From contig CBDDEL010000016.1 in NCBI GenBank assembly GCA_965226885.1, positions 288,001-352,000 of the forward strand: 64,000 nucleotides of DNA, written 5' to 3'. Position numbers and translations under genes: made by a program. Of the stretch, positions 62,602 through 64,000 are shown piece after piece; position 1 is the stretch's first letter; each line of letters opens with the position of its first letter. Under the pieces are notes generated by a model. The model was not told the origin of the DNA. It saw only the letters and a program-made list of their open reading frames with translations, and searched no databases. Source of the stretch: Opitutales bacterium (GTDB taxonomy: Bacteria > Verrucomicrobiota > Verrucomicrobiia > Opitutales > UBA2987).

Positions 62602-62894
62602 ACAATTTGCTTTGCATACATCCTGGTGAACATCTTCTTGAGGATTTTCTCAAGCCTCACGGTATTACACAGTATCGTTTAGCCAAGGATATTGGCGTTT
62701 CGGCGATGCGGATACATGAAATCATTAAAGGCAAGCGGGCCATAACAGCCGATACGGCGTTGCGGCTGGGCAAGTATTTCGGTACTACTGCACGGATATG
62801 GATGCGCCTGCAAGCACGCTACGATTTGGAAAAGGCGCAGCTTGCAGTCGGCAAAAAAATAGAGGAAGAGGTGCCGGCGTTAAACTCGGTTTAG
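62598..62894 (+). CDS. higA: HigA-family antitoxin (Xre HTH)
   Basis: IHPGE.L.EDFLKP.GITQYRLA, GKRAITADTALRL.KYFGT....W..LQ..YDL. Confidence 0.92.
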   Translation: MNNLLCIHPGEHLLEDFLKPHGITQYRLAKDIGVSAMRIHEIIKGKRAITADTALRLGKYFGTTARIWMRLQARYDLEKAQLAVGKKIEEEVPALNSV

Positions 62895-62900
62895 GACTAG

Positions 62901-64000
62901 CCCGGATATTTCATGAAGGGTAAAGTTTGGCTCGTTATTGCTATTGGAGATGGATTTCTTTGTATTTTGAGCAGATCGTCTTGATTTTTAGGTGTTTTTC
63001 AGGGTGTAGAGACACTGCCCCCTTTCCCCCATTGGTTCGGTAGTGCCGGGGGCAGCACCAATGCACCCTTTAGGTTGGCACCAATCGGCGGGCCGCATGG
63101 TTGAAAAGACTGGCCCAAGGATAACTCTCACTTAGGTGAAAGTGAATCGTTCGGGTGTTGCGCACGATGACCGCTCCGATCTTGATTAATTTGAGCCGCA
63201 GGGTGTGCCATTGGGCCCGCGCCCACTTCGTCCCTTTTAAGGCTAACCGGCGCATGGCTTCCATCAAGGTGTAGGCCAGCGCCGACAAGAGCAATCGCCA
63301 CTGATTGGCCCACCATTGATGGGCGCTGGTGCGCTCGCTGAACAATTGCATCTGTTCCTTGATTCGGTTCTCCATTTCACCGCGGCCACAGTATACCTTG
63401 TCGTAAAGCTCCTGGGGATCGCCCGGCAGGTTCGTCACCACGAAGCGCGGGTTGGACCCCTGTGCGGTGTGTTCGGCTTTATGGATGACCAACCGCAGCC
63501 ATCGCCACGAATCGGCAGCATAGACGAAGTCCTGGAATAACCGTTGTTTTTTACCCCTTAGTTCGAACCATTCTTTGGCCTGCTTTTGCAACTGCTGGGC
63601 GTCTTGCTGCAAGCGTGCATTGCGAGCCATCCCCACGATGTAACTAACTTCGTTGCGGTCGCACCAAGAGAGTATCCGGTCTCGACAAAATCCACTGTCG
63701 GCGCGCCAAATAATCCGCGTACGGGGCCAGCTTTGGCGAATCCGTTTAACCAGCAATTTGAGGATGGCCCCGGCATGCTTGCTGGCATCGATCTTGCTCG
63801 GCCGCAGGTAGGCCACCAGCAGCTGATCACCGCAAAAAACATATAGCGGCAGAAAACAGTAATGATCATAATAACCGTGGAAAAAACGTCCCTCCTGGAG
63901 CCCGTGCACCGGATTGTCGGTGGCGTCAAAGTCCAGGATGATCTCTTCGGGTTCCTCGGCAAAGGAGCCCATGAACTGTTCGACCAACAGCTCGTTTACC
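62901..64000 (-). mobile_element. IS1380 copy 4 (runs off window; transposase ends at 63070)
   Basis: Right IR preceded by CTAG. Sequence near-identical to copies 1 and 3. Confidence 0.95.

Noticed and set aside
1..64000. tRNA, rRNA, reverse transcriptase, integron integrase
   Set aside because: None recognised by eye. A covariance/HMM scan would be needed to exclude small RNAs formally.

Overview
About 64 kb of bacterial chromosome. The gene content (PEP-CTERM and IPTL-CTERM proteins, prfA/prmC, Prc) is compatible with an Opitutia/Verrucomicrobiota-like host, but that is inference. Housekeeping blocks (MMPL transporter, ald, LPS-core GT9 and WaaP, M20 amidohydrolase, glnA, two CNT nucleoside transporters, SWIM-SNF2 helicase, 5'-nucleotidase, Prc, prmC, prfA) are interspersed with about 16 IS elements or fragments (IS3 of two types, IS1380, IS630, IS1, IS4, IS21 and an unclassified DDE element). 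These total roughly 20 kb, are often nested, and mostly have readable target-site duplications. Several genes are broken: a CHASE2 adenylate/guanylate cyclase, glnE, an O-antigen-ligase/TPR gene, an Imm40-like gene, an IPTL-CTERM gene and a cassette gene. Three things stand out. (1) An orphan Mu-like head module at about 39.8-42.3 kb: scaffold-only remnant of the protease gene, a decoration protein with a hydrophobic leader, an intact major capsid protein and a terminator, with no other phage gene in the window. (2) A complete integron-type gene cassette with a 59-bp attC, matching core sites and an attI/Pc-like region but no integrase, lying between a separated, convergent ECF sigma/anti-sigma pair. 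(3) At least 12 perfect 10-26 bp tandem duplications, three of which frameshift genes. Some single-base frameshifts sit in homopolymers and may be sequencing errors.
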